This document shows positions 9,167 through 18,806 of a stretch of 32,000 nucleotides of DNA, piece after piece. Position numbers and translations under genes: made by a program. Position 1 is the stretch's first letter; the number at the start of each line of letters is the position of its first letter. The notes below the pieces were generated by a model. The model saw nothing but the letters and a program-made list of their open reading frames with translations. It was not told the DNA's origin and did no database searches. Source of the DNA: an uncultured archaeon (GTDB taxonomy: Archaea; Asgardarchaeota; Jordiarchaeia; Jordiarchaeales; Jordiarchaeaceae); assembly GCA_964510585.1 (NCBI GenBank), contig CAZECW010000173.1, forward strand, positions 30,001-62,000. The letters run 5' to 3'.

Positions 9167-9481
9167 AAAATTTCACCTTTAAAAATCTTAACATTATAAG
9201 AATATTTGGTGGAAACTAATTTAAGAAATTTGGTGAGCTTTATTGGTGCTTGTTTTTCCCCAATTTTTATTGGGCATGGGGAAAAATTTTACATTTTTTG
9301 GGCGGAGAAAGCCGAAGATAGAAATCTATATGGCTTGGTATTATATGTGTACGCGTGTTTCAAAAAAGTTCATGCTTCTGGATGTTATTCTAGCTCGGAA
9401 AATGGAATTAAGGTAAATTTTTAATTGCCAATTGTTGGGGAAATAAATGTGCTAAACTAAGTTTTACTTTTCTGTGCTGAT

Positions 9482-9718
9482 TCATTTGTATATTATTGAG
9501 CCGGGCTCCCTATCTGCTAATTCTTTGAGATAGTCTTCTAGTTGTTTTGCGCTCTTGAATATGTGTATGGTGTCCCTATCGACAATTCTTAGTATTGCTG
9601 ATTTTTTTTGTACTGTGACGTATATTCCGCCTAGGGTTGAATCGTGTTTCAGGAATGTGTCTCCTCCGCTTGATCTTTTACACCAAAACCCGTTTCTCCT
9701 GAGTACATTTTTAAACAT
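9482..9718 (-). CDS. Small hypothetical protein (78 aa)
   Basis: ATG 9718 follows GAGGGTG; the upstream 56 codons in the ORF track look non-coding. Confidence 0.6.
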   Translation of the reverse strand: MFKNVLRRNGFWCKRSSGGDTFLKHDSTLGGIYVTVQKKSAILRIVDRDTIHIFKSAKQLEDYLKELADREPGSIIYK

Positions 9719-9944
9719 TTGAGCACCCTCTCTTAGAGCTAAACTGTTCGCGGTAATTTTTGAACTGTAGAATATTAGAAAGTTAATAAGATGAGGATAA
9801 TATGAACGAAATATGGAACTAGACTCTAAATTATTTTGATTTTTGAGCCGTTTACCTAAAATGCTTTGAATAGCAGAAATAACCATTGTTTTGTTATTTT
9901 TTGGTTTTGTACTGTTTTTTAATTGTTTGTAGGGCTTCTTTATA

Positions 9945-10685
9945 TTATTTTTTCATTCTTTGGATGGCGTCTATTATTATCGAGAAGAGTATTGGTATTC
10001 TTTTGTCAATTTTATTCTTTATCTCTATCTTGTATGTTTCGGGCGAGGTTTTCAATATAGTTGCGTAGCTTTGTTCATTTTTCACCATTGAGTATTCCTT
10101 TTTTGTCGGGTCTCCTTTTATTGAAAGTTTCATGTTGTGTTTGAGGTCTTCTATGGTGAAACTCGGTTTTAGGATTCCTTGCTGCTGCATGGTGCCAATT
10201 GTTTTGTTGCATCGGTCTTTTAGAACATAGTGTGTGTATTGAGGGGTTCCTTCGATTGTTGCAGTAATTATTCCTTTGGCGTCTTTAAATATCATTATTA
10301 GGCCTGATTTGGTGTTTTCACATTCTGCAAACCCTTGAAACTTGTTTCCAACATTTTCTATTTCGTAGTGTATCATTTTTTCTGAGGTTACAGCGTTTAT
10401 TGAAAAGCCAGATCCAAGAAAATCTGAGAACTCGGGAGTCTTTTCCAGAATTGGTTGATTTATTAGCTTGCTGGGGATGAATTCTAGTTCTTCTTTGGAT
10501 TCTTTAGAGGTTCTGGCTAAAGGTATGATTAGTGTAGTATTATTCTGGGAGAGGTTTGAACTTTGGTTTTTGAGTTTCGTTTTTGGTTGGTGTGTGTAAA
10601 GTTTTCCACAGTTTGGACAGTTTTCGCGTACCGATAGGAATGTGGTTCCACAACTCTCACAACGCCTTACCTCAACTTTACTCAT
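9945..10685 (-). CDS. Zn-ribbon plus LURP-one/scramblase (Tubby-C-like) domain protein
   Basis: N-terminal CESC...CPNC, a low-complexity linker, then repeated short beta-strands ending in one hydrophobic helix (RIPILFSIIIDAI), the Tubby-C/scramblase architecture. Confidence 0.6.
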   Translation of the reverse strand: MSKVEVRRCESCGTTFLSVRENCPNCGKLYTHQPKTKLKNQSSNLSQNNTTLIIPLARTSKESKEELEFIPSKLINQPILEKTPEFSDFLGSGFSINAVTSEKMIHYEIENVGNKFQGFAECENTKSGLIMIFKDAKGIITATIEGTPQYTHYVLKDRCNKTIGTMQQQGILKPSFTIEDLKHNMKLSIKGDPTKKEYSMVKNEQSYATILKTSPETYKIEIKNKIDKRIPILFSIIIDAIQRMKK

Positions 10686-10906
10686 TTCTTGTTCCCCATG
10701 TGTTTCTCCTTGGTTATAATAGTATAGATTCTATCTTATGAATATAATCCTTATCAAATTATCAAAACTTATGGTTTAAATTTAAAAATATTAAAAGTAA
10801 TATCAATGAAACTTTTCATAACTCTATAATTGAAAATGAAAAGTAATAGAATACTATGTGGGTTGTTTTTATGCTACAAAGATAATATACAGTTTGGTGA
10901 AGGTTT

Positions 10907-11254
10907 TTGGCAAGAATTATGGGCAGAATTCTCAGCTTTATTGTCCTTCTGGTATTAGTGACCCTGATTCAGATGCCTCTAGTAATCGAATCGATAAACA
11001 CCATAAATTGGTCAAGTGGATTTAAGGAGGGAGGACTGCAAATAATACTAGTAATATGGTTGATTGACTCCCTTCTAATCGCATTGTCTTTTGAGTGGGT
11101 TTCCCTCACCATTTCGGTGATTCCTTTTATCATAACTTTACCAATTTCTCTCGTTTACACCACTATTAATTCTGTATTTGGATGGATTGTACTAACAAAT
11201 TTGGTTGTCGTTATCGTATTGATTTTAGCTAGAATGGTAGCTAATGTGCTTTAA
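10907..11254 (+). CDS. Small integral membrane protein (about 4 TM helices)
   Basis: Hydrophobic throughout; GGTGA SD 7 nt before the TTG start. Confidence 0.7.
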   Translation: MARIMGRILSFIVLLVLVTLIQMPLVIESINTINWSSGFKEGGLQIILVIWLIDSLLIALSFEWVSLTISVIPFIITLPISLVYTTINSVFGWIVLTNLVVVIVLILARMVANVL

Positions 11255-11327
11255 GGCTTGGCCTAAATTTGGTAGTCTAGCTAGATTTTTATAAAAAAAC
11301 TACCTTCTCAACTTTAGGTGTAAAAAA

Positions 11328-12401
11328 TTGAAGAGAAGAGCCTTAACTTATAGAGATGCAGGAGTAGATTTATCTAAGGCTAGTGAGAGCCACAGAATTA
11401 TTGGTAAATTAATTGAAAAAACCTTCTCATTGAGAAGTGGGAAATTCGGTGAAGTAGTGGGTGAGTACGGCCATTACGCGAATCTTATAGATATTGGTTC
11501 AGGAAGGGCTCTGGCGGTTCACACCGACGGGGTCGGTACCAAGGTATTGGTTGCCCAACTCATGGATAAATACGATACTGTTGGAATCGATTGTGTGGCC
11601 ATGAATGTTAACGATTTAATTTGTATGGGCGCCGAACCTCTAGCCATTGTGGATTACTTGGCAGTTGAGAGATCAGATCCTGAAATGATTGAGCAGATTA
11701 TTCGAGGGCTTGTTAAGGGAGCGGAAATGGCGGGCGTAGCAATATTGGGTGGAGAGACTGCTACAATGCCCGATGTGATAAAAGGTGCGGTTGAAGGGAA
11801 AGGATTTGATTTAGCCGCCATGTGCATTGGAATGGTTTACCAAGATAAAATTGTCACAGGAAGGAAAATAGTAGCTAATGATGTGGTGGTAGGCTTACAA
11901 AGTAGCGGTATTCACTCAAACGGACTTTCACTAGCCAGAAAAGCCCTTCTGGAAGAAGCAGGATTTAGTGTGTTTGACCCCCTGCCTAACTCGAAACAGA
12001 GTGTGGGTGAGGCTTTACTTGAACCCACCAAAATTTACGTAAAAGAAGTATTGGAAATTCTGGAAAAAGCGCAAGTGCATGGTCTTGCAAACATAACTGG
12101 TGGGGCGTTCTCAAAGCTCAACAGAATATGTTATGGTGAAATGGGAATGTTCCTTGACCAGTTACCAGAACCACAACCTATTTTTGAGACCATTAAGCAA
12201 GTGGGGAATATTAGTGACTATGAGATGTACCGGACATTTAACATGGGAGTGGGGTTTGTTGTAGTTACCCCCAGAGAGAGCTCTGAAACGGTCATAAAAA
12301 TTTGTAAGAAAGCGGGCACCCAAGCTCAAATTATAGGCAAAATAGTCGCCAAAAAAGGTATAGTACTGGAAGTGTCTAAAGGGAATCTTTTGAAAATGTG
12401 A
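11328..12401 (+). CDS. purM: Phosphoribosylformylglycinamidine cyclo-ligase (AIR synthetase)
   Basis: TYRDAGVD, HTDGVGTK, GIDCVAMNVND, GGETATMP, SSGIHSNG, ITGG and TFNMGVG motifs. Confidence 0.97.
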   Translation: MKRRALTYRDAGVDLSKASESHRIIGKLIEKTFSLRSGKFGEVVGEYGHYANLIDIGSGRALAVHTDGVGTKVLVAQLMDKYDTVGIDCVAMNVNDLICMGAEPLAIVDYLAVERSDPEMIEQIIRGLVKGAEMAGVAILGGETATMPDVIKGAVEGKGFDLAAMCIGMVYQDKIVTGRKIVANDVVVGLQSSGIHSNGLSLARKALLEEAGFSVFDPLPNSKQSVGEALLEPTKIYVKEVLEILEKAQVHGLANITGGAFSKLNRICYGEMGMFLDQLPEPQPIFETIKQVGNISDYEMYRTFNMGVGFVVVTPRESSETVIKICKKAGTQAQIIGKIVAKKGIVLEVSKGNLLKM

Positions 12402-12481
12402 GATGCAGAGCTTATTGACAAGGCTAAAATTTATTTTCGACCTCTCACACTTTTAAGGTCGTGTTTTAAAAATAGAAGGCA

Positions 12482-14656
12482 GTGGTGGAAAATTTGTGCG
12501 TTAATAAGAATAGGAGAAAGCCTTCAATCCCTGAAATGGTTTCTTTGGGTGAACCTTCCATCTATGATTTTTTCCTCAGCTTATTTAACAGGGGCACCAT
12601 TAAAATCTGGAAAAGAGAGGATATTAACGGAGCCGTTGCTCTGTTTGCAGATAATTTTACCCTATTTATCTTATTAATTGGTTTACTCCCCATCCTTTGG
12701 AGCGTACAGTTTATTCCTGCATGGTACTTCTCCGCCTTAACAGGAATATACGTTGCACCAATGGATATTGTAGGTATAATTAACGTCTTAGGAAATCAGA
12801 TACCCGTGATTATTCCTCAGGGATACTACTTGCCCACAGATTTACAGATATTTTATCCCCATAAGCCTTGGGGCTTAATCTCAACTCTTCTGGGTGCGGG
12901 CGCGCTACAAGTTCTTATAGGAAATTCTGCTTACAGTTACTATGCCTATAAAAAAACAATGGAAACAGGAAAAATTTACACTGCATTACCCTTCGGCATA
13001 AGCTTACCCGGATTGTTTCTTTTTCTTGGTGCAATAATTGGACTCTCTCAGTCAGTCCTTGGCTTTGATTTATATACCGCGATTTCCATAGCCATTTTAG
13101 CTAATATTATCAGCTCAATTGTTGAAATCATAATAGCGCTCGGCTTAATAGAACACTTAAGAAAACACATACCCACAGCAGGGGTACTAGGCACAATTGC
13201 AGGATTAGGTTTTGCTTGGCTTATTATTAATTACCTGGGCTACATAGCTGGAGGCCCAGTAAACGGTGTGTATGGTGCTCTTAATGGATGGCCTTACCTA
13301 TCGCCTACAATTGGATTTGTGGTCCTATTTATATTGCTAGCGGGGATAATTTCTCGCTTAAGGATCTTTAAAAAAATTCCCACAACTTTACTGGCAATAA
13401 TTGTTGGATCCGCTCTTGTAGCAATTAACATTTTGTGGCTGGGAAACACCAATTTTGGAGATTTCTCCTTCTATTTTAAAGAGATGTGGGCCCAGATTTG
13501 GGGTGGGCCTGGCCCCCAATTTTTGTTCGCCCTAACCCTTGGGCAAGACATTACCAACTACATTTATCCACAGACCTTCAGCTTTATGTTTCCAAGTTTT
13601 AGACCGGAGCTTCTGGGCCGCGGACTACAAGCCCTACCAATGATTATAGCGGTAGTTGTTCCTTTCCAAATCTATGACTCTCTCGAGAGCTACGCCAACA
13701 ATGAATCAGGAAACTTGGAAATGGCACGCAAATTCGGAATAGAGGATCCAAAGAGCTTAAAGCTTTGGTGCGACCAGTACGGGTATTCTGCAAAAACCAC
13801 TATGCTCATAGATGGATGCAGCAGCCTGCTTGGAACTCCTTTTGGCGGATGGACGCCAACCGTGAATTCTGTGGGCTCAGCAAGCTTTGTCAGAATGGGG
13901 GCAGGAATCGGATACTCTCTACTCCACGGAATAATCATTGCGGCAACAGTTTGGTGTGGAATTCTATTCTTGTTGCCCATGATCATCCCCGCTTGTGTCA
14001 CAGTACCAGTACTTCTGGTAATTGGAGGATTAATTGTAGTTCAATCTTTTAAGGAAGTTTATGATGAAAACAGAAAAAAGGATAGCCCAGACTACATTAT
14101 TTGGGGAGACTTATTCGCGGTAATGCTGGCAATGGTTCCACATGTATTCGCGGTGTTAACCCTAATAATAATCAATAATTTTAAAAACGCCTTTACTGGA
14201 GCACTAATGAGTGCATCAATAACACCTTATCAGCTATTAGACAACACATTTTTTGTAACTGTGAGTATTGCAGGCATACCATTAAAAATACCATTTGCCC
14301 AGTATCTGGGTCTCCAAGGATACGGTTTAAATGAAACATTTAGTTATTCAAGTGCCACATTCGGCTGGTATGGAATAGTATTTTTGGGATTGGGAGCAAC
14401 AACTGTGGGACTAATCTGGGGAAGTATAGTCTCAGACCTAAATCATAGACGTTTGAGAAGAGCCTTCATATTTTCTGCGGCCTCCTGCCTACTCTCACTA
14501 GTGGGGATAATTCATGCATACTCAATGCCCACAAGTATCGAAGAAGTTATTCTTCAATTCCCTTGGGCATCAATGTACTTAGCAATTGCAACATACATAC
14601 TGATACTGTGGTGGCGGGACTCAAGCTTAACGGAAAAACAAAAATTTGAAAGTTAA
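12482..14656 (+). CDS. NCS2/AzgA-like nucleobase permease (long form)
   Basis: More than 12 TM segments; WKREDINGAVALFADN, ALPFGIS and GTPF...T...G..SFVRMGAGIGYS resemble AzgA-like purine permeases. Directly downstream of purM. The true start may be ATG 12536. Confidence 0.65.
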   Translation: MVENLCVNKNRRKPSIPEMVSLGEPSIYDFFLSLFNRGTIKIWKREDINGAVALFADNFTLFILLIGLLPILWSVQFIPAWYFSALTGIYVAPMDIVGIINVLGNQIPVIIPQGYYLPTDLQIFYPHKPWGLISTLLGAGALQVLIGNSAYSYYAYKKTMETGKIYTALPFGISLPGLFLFLGAIIGLSQSVLGFDLYTAISIAILANIISSIVEIIIALGLIEHLRKHIPTAGVLGTIAGLGFAWLIINYLGYIAGGPVNGVYGALNGWPYLSPTIGFVVLFILLAGIISRLRIFKKIPTTLLAIIVGSALVAINILWLGNTNFGDFSFYFKEMWAQIWGGPGPQFLFALTLGQDITNYIYPQTFSFMFPSFRPELLGRGLQALPMIIAVVVPFQIYDSLESYANNESGNLEMARKFGIEDPKSLKLWCDQYGYSAKTTMLIDGCSSLLGTPFGGWTPTVNSVGSASFVRMGAGIGYSLLHGIIIAATVWCGILFLLPMIIPACVTVPVLLVIGGLIVVQSFKEVYDENRKKDSPDYIIWGDLFAVMLAMVPHVFAVLTLIIINNFKNAFTGALMSASITPYQLLDNTFFVTVSIAGIPLKIPFAQYLGLQGYGLNETFSYSSATFGWYGIVFLGLGATTVGLIWGSIVSDLNHRRLRRAFIFSAASCLLSLVGIIHAYSMPTSIEEVILQFPWASMYLAIATYILILWWRDSSLTEKQKFES

Positions 14657-14842
14657 TCGTTATATTCTCCACTTTTTTGTACTATAAAAGTATAATCTAG
14701 TTTCCAGAGCACAACATTAATAAAGGGAAATCCTTCTAAAAGTCTCCCTGAAAAATTGGGGGATACCACTCAAACCACACTAAAAATTCAAAAACAAGTA
14801 GTATTATACTATTATTGCGGATTTGTCAGGGAGATTTGAAGC

Positions 14843-15499
14843 GTGAGAAGCAAGATTAAAGTAATCGTTCTAGATTTGGACGGGACGCTGGTAGATGTGC
14901 CAGATGGGGATTTCTTTGACCAGTTACTTGTAGAATCACTTGAGGAGATTGGATGCCGTTTGCCTAGTCGTAAGCAGAGGGATCGTTTTTGGGATAGTGG
15001 GAAGGATTATCAAAAGATTTTAAGATCTTGGGGGGTAAAAGACATAGACAATTTTTGGAAGGTCTTTGACAGAAGAGATTTTGAAGCGCGCCTAAGTCTT
15101 ATAAAATCTAATAAAATCAGGCCCTACGACGATGTGGTGGTTCTAGAGGATCTACGCAAAGACTATGCACTGGGCGTGGTAACAAATACTCCACTAAACC
15201 TGGCACTCTTGGAACTAGACACATTTAATTTAACCCATTATTTTGGCTCCATTGTAGCCCTAGGAACTGTGGAACAAAAAAACGCCAAGCCGGAGCCTTA
15301 CGGGATTCTTAAATGCATCAGGGATCTGCACGGCTCACCTAAAGAGTCATTAGTGGTAGGAGACAAGGATAGTGATATTATTGCAGGAATCAGAGCAGGT
15401 GCTTTTACCGCTGTAATAGTACGTTCAAAAATCAAAACCAAAGTTAAAGCGGATTTCGTGATAAACAGTCTTTATGAGCTTGAGAAAATCCTTAACTAA
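14843..15499 (+). CDS. HAD-superfamily hydrolase (phosphoglycolate phosphatase-like)
   Basis: Motif I DLDGTLVD, motif II VTN, KPEP, and motif IV VGDKDSDI. Confidence 0.9.
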   Translation: MRSKIKVIVLDLDGTLVDVPDGDFFDQLLVESLEEIGCRLPSRKQRDRFWDSGKDYQKILRSWGVKDIDNFWKVFDRRDFEARLSLIKSNKIRPYDDVVVLEDLRKDYALGVVTNTPLNLALLELDTFNLTHYFGSIVALGTVEQKNAKPEPYGILKCIRDLHGSPKESLVVGDKDSDIIAGIRAGAFTAVIVRSKIKTKVKADFVINSLYELEKILN

Positions 15500-15510
15500 G
15501 TTATAAATGT

Positions 15511-15823
15511 CTATTCGAATTGAACATCGAGCAATTCACAGTCTTTTCTATCTTTAGTATCTATTTTTATAAGAGTGTAATCTGTTTCAAAAAAAATCGG
15601 AATCCTTTTCGATATACACCGTGAGACCCTCATCATCTCTAGCTATAGGAACCACTTCAGCAACACTGTTTAAATCTATGATGCATGCATTTGAAACTTT
15701 TATCACTGCTCCATAACAGGATTTGTATTCTACAAAATTTATGAGCAAACCGCCTGCTCCCTGAATTTGGGATAATTTGTTTTTTATGCATTTCTTTGCT
15801 AATCGAGATATTTTCAACCCCAT
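15511..15823 (-). pseudogene. HesB/IscA-like small protein interrupted by a frameshift at a T8 tract (or a sequencing error)
   Basis: GAGGT SD and ATG 15823; KISRLAKKCIK...SCYG...LTVYIEK resembles the HesB-like fold. The frame stops at 15587 just after T8; removing one T gives 103 aa ending in TAG at 15513-15511. Confidence 0.5.
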
Positions 15824-16092
15824 TTTTAAACCTCAATGAAAATATGTAATTAGTCAAATAATTTTTATTATTAAGGTAATTATTTAGTGATCTTTACCTA
15901 ATGCAGATAGGCGTCCTACAAGTTTTCCTAAAAAAGTGAATTATTTGATTACCATTAAATCTACTAAAATTGCGATATTCACAAAATAAATCCATTTTAA
16001 TGTATACTTCACAACAAAAACACAATATTTATTAGCATATTTAAGATTAACTATAATATGTATGGTTATGCGGTTCACATTGGTGAAAAACC

Positions 16093-16587
16093 ATGATTCA
16101 CAACTTTTACCTATTGAAAAGAAGCGGAGAATGCATAATCCACCGAAAATACGGAAGCCTAGAAACAGATGAGGATCTCGTATCAGGTTTTCTTAGCGCA
16201 ATGTTCTCTTTTGGTAGAAACATAAGCGGCCAAAGCATAGAAAGTGTACTATTGGATGATAAAAAATTTGTATACGTCTGCAATGATGACATTATATTTG
16301 CTGCCTACACGGATAGACATGACGAGATAAAAAGTAAACTTGAAAGTATCAGCCAAGAATTCATCAAAAATTATGGTAAGTTAGAGAATTGGGATGGGAA
16401 CCGCGACAGGTTTGCAGACTTTTTGCCAGTTCTGGATAAGGTATTTGGGGTATCTGGGGAGGAAGCTTCTGACGACTTTTTAAATGGGATAATAGAAACT
16501 ATAAAAATGGGGAAAAAGCCTTTAGATGTCTCTTGGGATGACTGGTTAAATAGAATTAAAGAAAAGGTAAGAAAAATTAATCAATGA
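16093..16587 (+). CDS. Longin-like domain protein (AP sigma/mu-N / sedlin-like, Asgard type)
   Basis: MIHNFYLLKRSGECIIHRKYG, DLVSGFLSAMFSF, KFVY and EF..NYG..W.G...F.DF pattern typical of longin domains; GGTGA SD. Confidence 0.7.
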   Translation: MIHNFYLLKRSGECIIHRKYGSLETDEDLVSGFLSAMFSFGRNISGQSIESVLLDDKKFVYVCNDDIIFAAYTDRHDEIKSKLESISQEFIKNYGKLENWDGNRDRFADFLPVLDKVFGVSGEEASDDFLNGIIETIKMGKKPLDVSWDDWLNRIKEKVRKINQ

Positions 16588-16631
16588 ACATCGAACAGAT
16601 AGAGACACCTTTTCACGTAGCTAAGCACTAA

Positions 16632-17831
16632 TTAGTTATTCAGTCTTGTTTTTTTAAACTGACTGTAAATTTTATCCGCTGCTCTTTTTGCTTTTAATAA
16701 TGCACCGTTTCGTGTTGATTCATAGATTTGTATTGTACAAACTGGTTTCCCTTTTCTTATTACAGATCCAGGTTTTGTGATATCGAATACCCCGGACATA
16801 GTAATCTCAGGCATTATAAAATCGTATTTGGCGAACAAAATATTTTTCACGGCGTAACCTTTGCTTTGAGGAATACTTTTAGGCAATATCCCTTGACAAG
16901 CCTCTATGTGGGCTTGAACTATATTTAGCCCAGTTACCATTTCAACACACTCCAGCGTGCCTTGAAAACGAGGATTTATCTCTAATAAGTATGGTTCGCC
17001 CCTATGAATAACATAGTCTATTCCGTTTGAGCCCTTAAGATTTAATAATTCGATTAAGTTTTCGGAAGCATCTTTTATTTTTTTGTATACCTGTTCTGTG
17101 GCCTTTAGTGGCACAATGTTTCCACAATAAATAAAATCTTTTGCTCCCAGCTCAGATAAACCAATTAACTGCTCATTAATAGAAACTACCCGCACCGATG
17201 TGCCATTTGAGAGAAGGGAGCAGCTCGCATCAGTCCCCCTAATGTATTCCTGAATCATTACATTTCTTTGGTTCGATAACAGTTGAAATATTTCCTCAAC
17301 TTCTTTAATATTCTTAGCTAAATGAATTCCTTGTCCTCCTCCTCCTTTCGTTGGTCTAACTACTACTGGTAAACCTATTAATTCCGCCGCTTCTACAGCA
17401 TCTTCCACACTTTTTACAATAATTGAGTTTGGAGATCGGATACCCAACTTTTCTGCTTCACGGTAAATCCTTATTTTATCTCTAGATTTTTTAATATTTT
17501 CTGAAGTGTTACCCATTATAGGAGCTATTTTTTTGAGTTCTTCCCAAACCTGAAATTGGTCATCAAGGCCGCTCCCTACCAAAATAAAATCAATCTGATG
17601 CTTTTCCGCCAATTTCTGAGCTAGTTCCAAGAAAAGACTAGCATGGTTTTTGGCTGTATTTGGTTCTTTGTCCAATTCGCTAACTACTAGAACTTCATCT
17701 GCATATTTATAGATGTCAACATCCCCCCAGTAATCCACTACCAGAACTTTTAGTCCTAATCTTTTTGCTGAAGAAACTATTGGTCTAGCATTGAATCCTA
17801 AGACAAGAACAGTTGACCGATTCTCAACCAA
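16632..17831 (-). CDS. ATP-grasp ligase (COG2232-like predicted carboligase)
   Basis: VLVLGFNARPI..SAKRLG N-terminus, RPTKGGGGQG loop, IQEYIRG, NGIDY and EINPRFQG. Confidence 0.8.
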   Translation of the reverse strand: MVENRSTVLVLGFNARPIVSSAKRLGLKVLVVDYWGDVDIYKYADEVLVVSELDKEPNTAKNHASLFLELAQKLAEKHQIDFILVGSGLDDQFQVWEELKKIAPIMGNTSENIKKSRDKIRIYREAEKLGIRSPNSIIVKSVEDAVEAAELIGLPVVVRPTKGGGGQGIHLAKNIKEVEEIFQLLSNQRNVMIQEYIRGTDASCSLLSNGTSVRVVSINEQLIGLSELGAKDFIYCGNIVPLKATEQVYKKIKDASENLIELLNLKGSNGIDYVIHRGEPYLLEINPRFQGTLECVEMVTGLNIVQAHIEACQGILPKSIPQSKGYAVKNILFAKYDFIMPEITMSGVFDITKPGSVIRKGKPVCTIQIYESTRNGALLKAKRAADKIYSQFKKTRLNN

Positions 17832-17833
17832 AG

Positions 17834-18580
17834 TTAAGTGGAGCCCTCCAAATCACTAGTCTGTTTTTCACTTTCCTTTATAGCCTCTTTAAGCTTTTTT
17901 ATAATTTCTTTTATTTTCATCTTTTTTGGGAGTGCCACCGAAAGTAATCTATCATTATCGATTTGTAGTGTAATGATCATTCCTTCCCTACCGAAAATGA
18001 CTGAGAAGTCACTATTTTCATCAGAAACCATACTGCTACTTATCATATGAATGGCGCTAATCATTCCCGAAAGAGTTATTGCTTCCTCTGCAGGGTGGAC
18101 TATTAAGGGTACTCCCTCTTTAGTAAGGATAGCAATTGCCTTGGCCTCTGGTACCGCGCTTTTAACATTCATAAATAATCCTTTTTTAGGATATCCGGAG
18201 AGCTCTATCACTTCAGCTACTTTATGGGAAAAATTCTTAATTTTAATAATATAGTTTTCAACACCCCTGCTTTCAGCCTTCTCTCTATCAATAAGTGCCG
18301 AAAGAACCATACCACTATTGACGGGTAAAGTTATAACTAAGTTATTGGGCGTAAAGGAGAGTACGTAGTCTGGAGTTTGTTCTAATAGCTTTCCAATAAT
18401 TTGGGAGGAAATCGAAAGTAGGGTGGCACTAGCGGCTGCTAACTTACTTTTATTAACTTTCTCTTCTAGAATCACCATTGATTCCGATTTCCCCTCTTTG
18501 CTAATCAGAATTATCCCTTTTATCACCTCATCTCTTACTATTTCTTCCAACAATCGAGAAAGTTCATCACCACGATCCAT
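17834..18580 (-). CDS. Tandem Roadblock/LC7 (MglB-like) domain protein
   Basis: Two repeats, IKGIILISKEG...LAAASATLLS and AKAIAILTKEG...LSGMISAIH, each followed by a three-strand sheet and helix. ATG 18580 follows GGGTGA. Confidence 0.75.
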   Translation of the reverse strand: MDRGDELSRLLEEIVRDEVIKGIILISKEGKSESMVILEEKVNKSKLAAASATLLSISSQIIGKLLEQTPDYVLSFTPNNLVITLPVNSGMVLSALIDREKAESRGVENYIIKIKNFSHKVAEVIELSGYPKKGLFMNVKSAVPEAKAIAILTKEGVPLIVHPAEEAITLSGMISAIHMISSSMVSDENSDFSVIFGREGMIITLQIDNDRLLSVALPKKMKIKEIIKKLKEAIKESEKQTSDLEGST

Positions 18581-18806
18581 TACAATCACCCTTTTCTACT
18601 CGTTTAGTTTGAAACATTTACACAATTTAGCGAAGAAAATTTAAGCATGGGATTCGCTTTCCCGCAAAAAAATTTTTACAGTTCGCTTATGTTTGATATT
18701 AAGGGATTTCGGTTTTAAAAAGGTTAGGTATTTTAGGATAGTCATTATTTTTAATTAAGAGAATCAAAAAGGATTTTACTGCGAGCCAAAAAATGACATA
18801 TGATTA

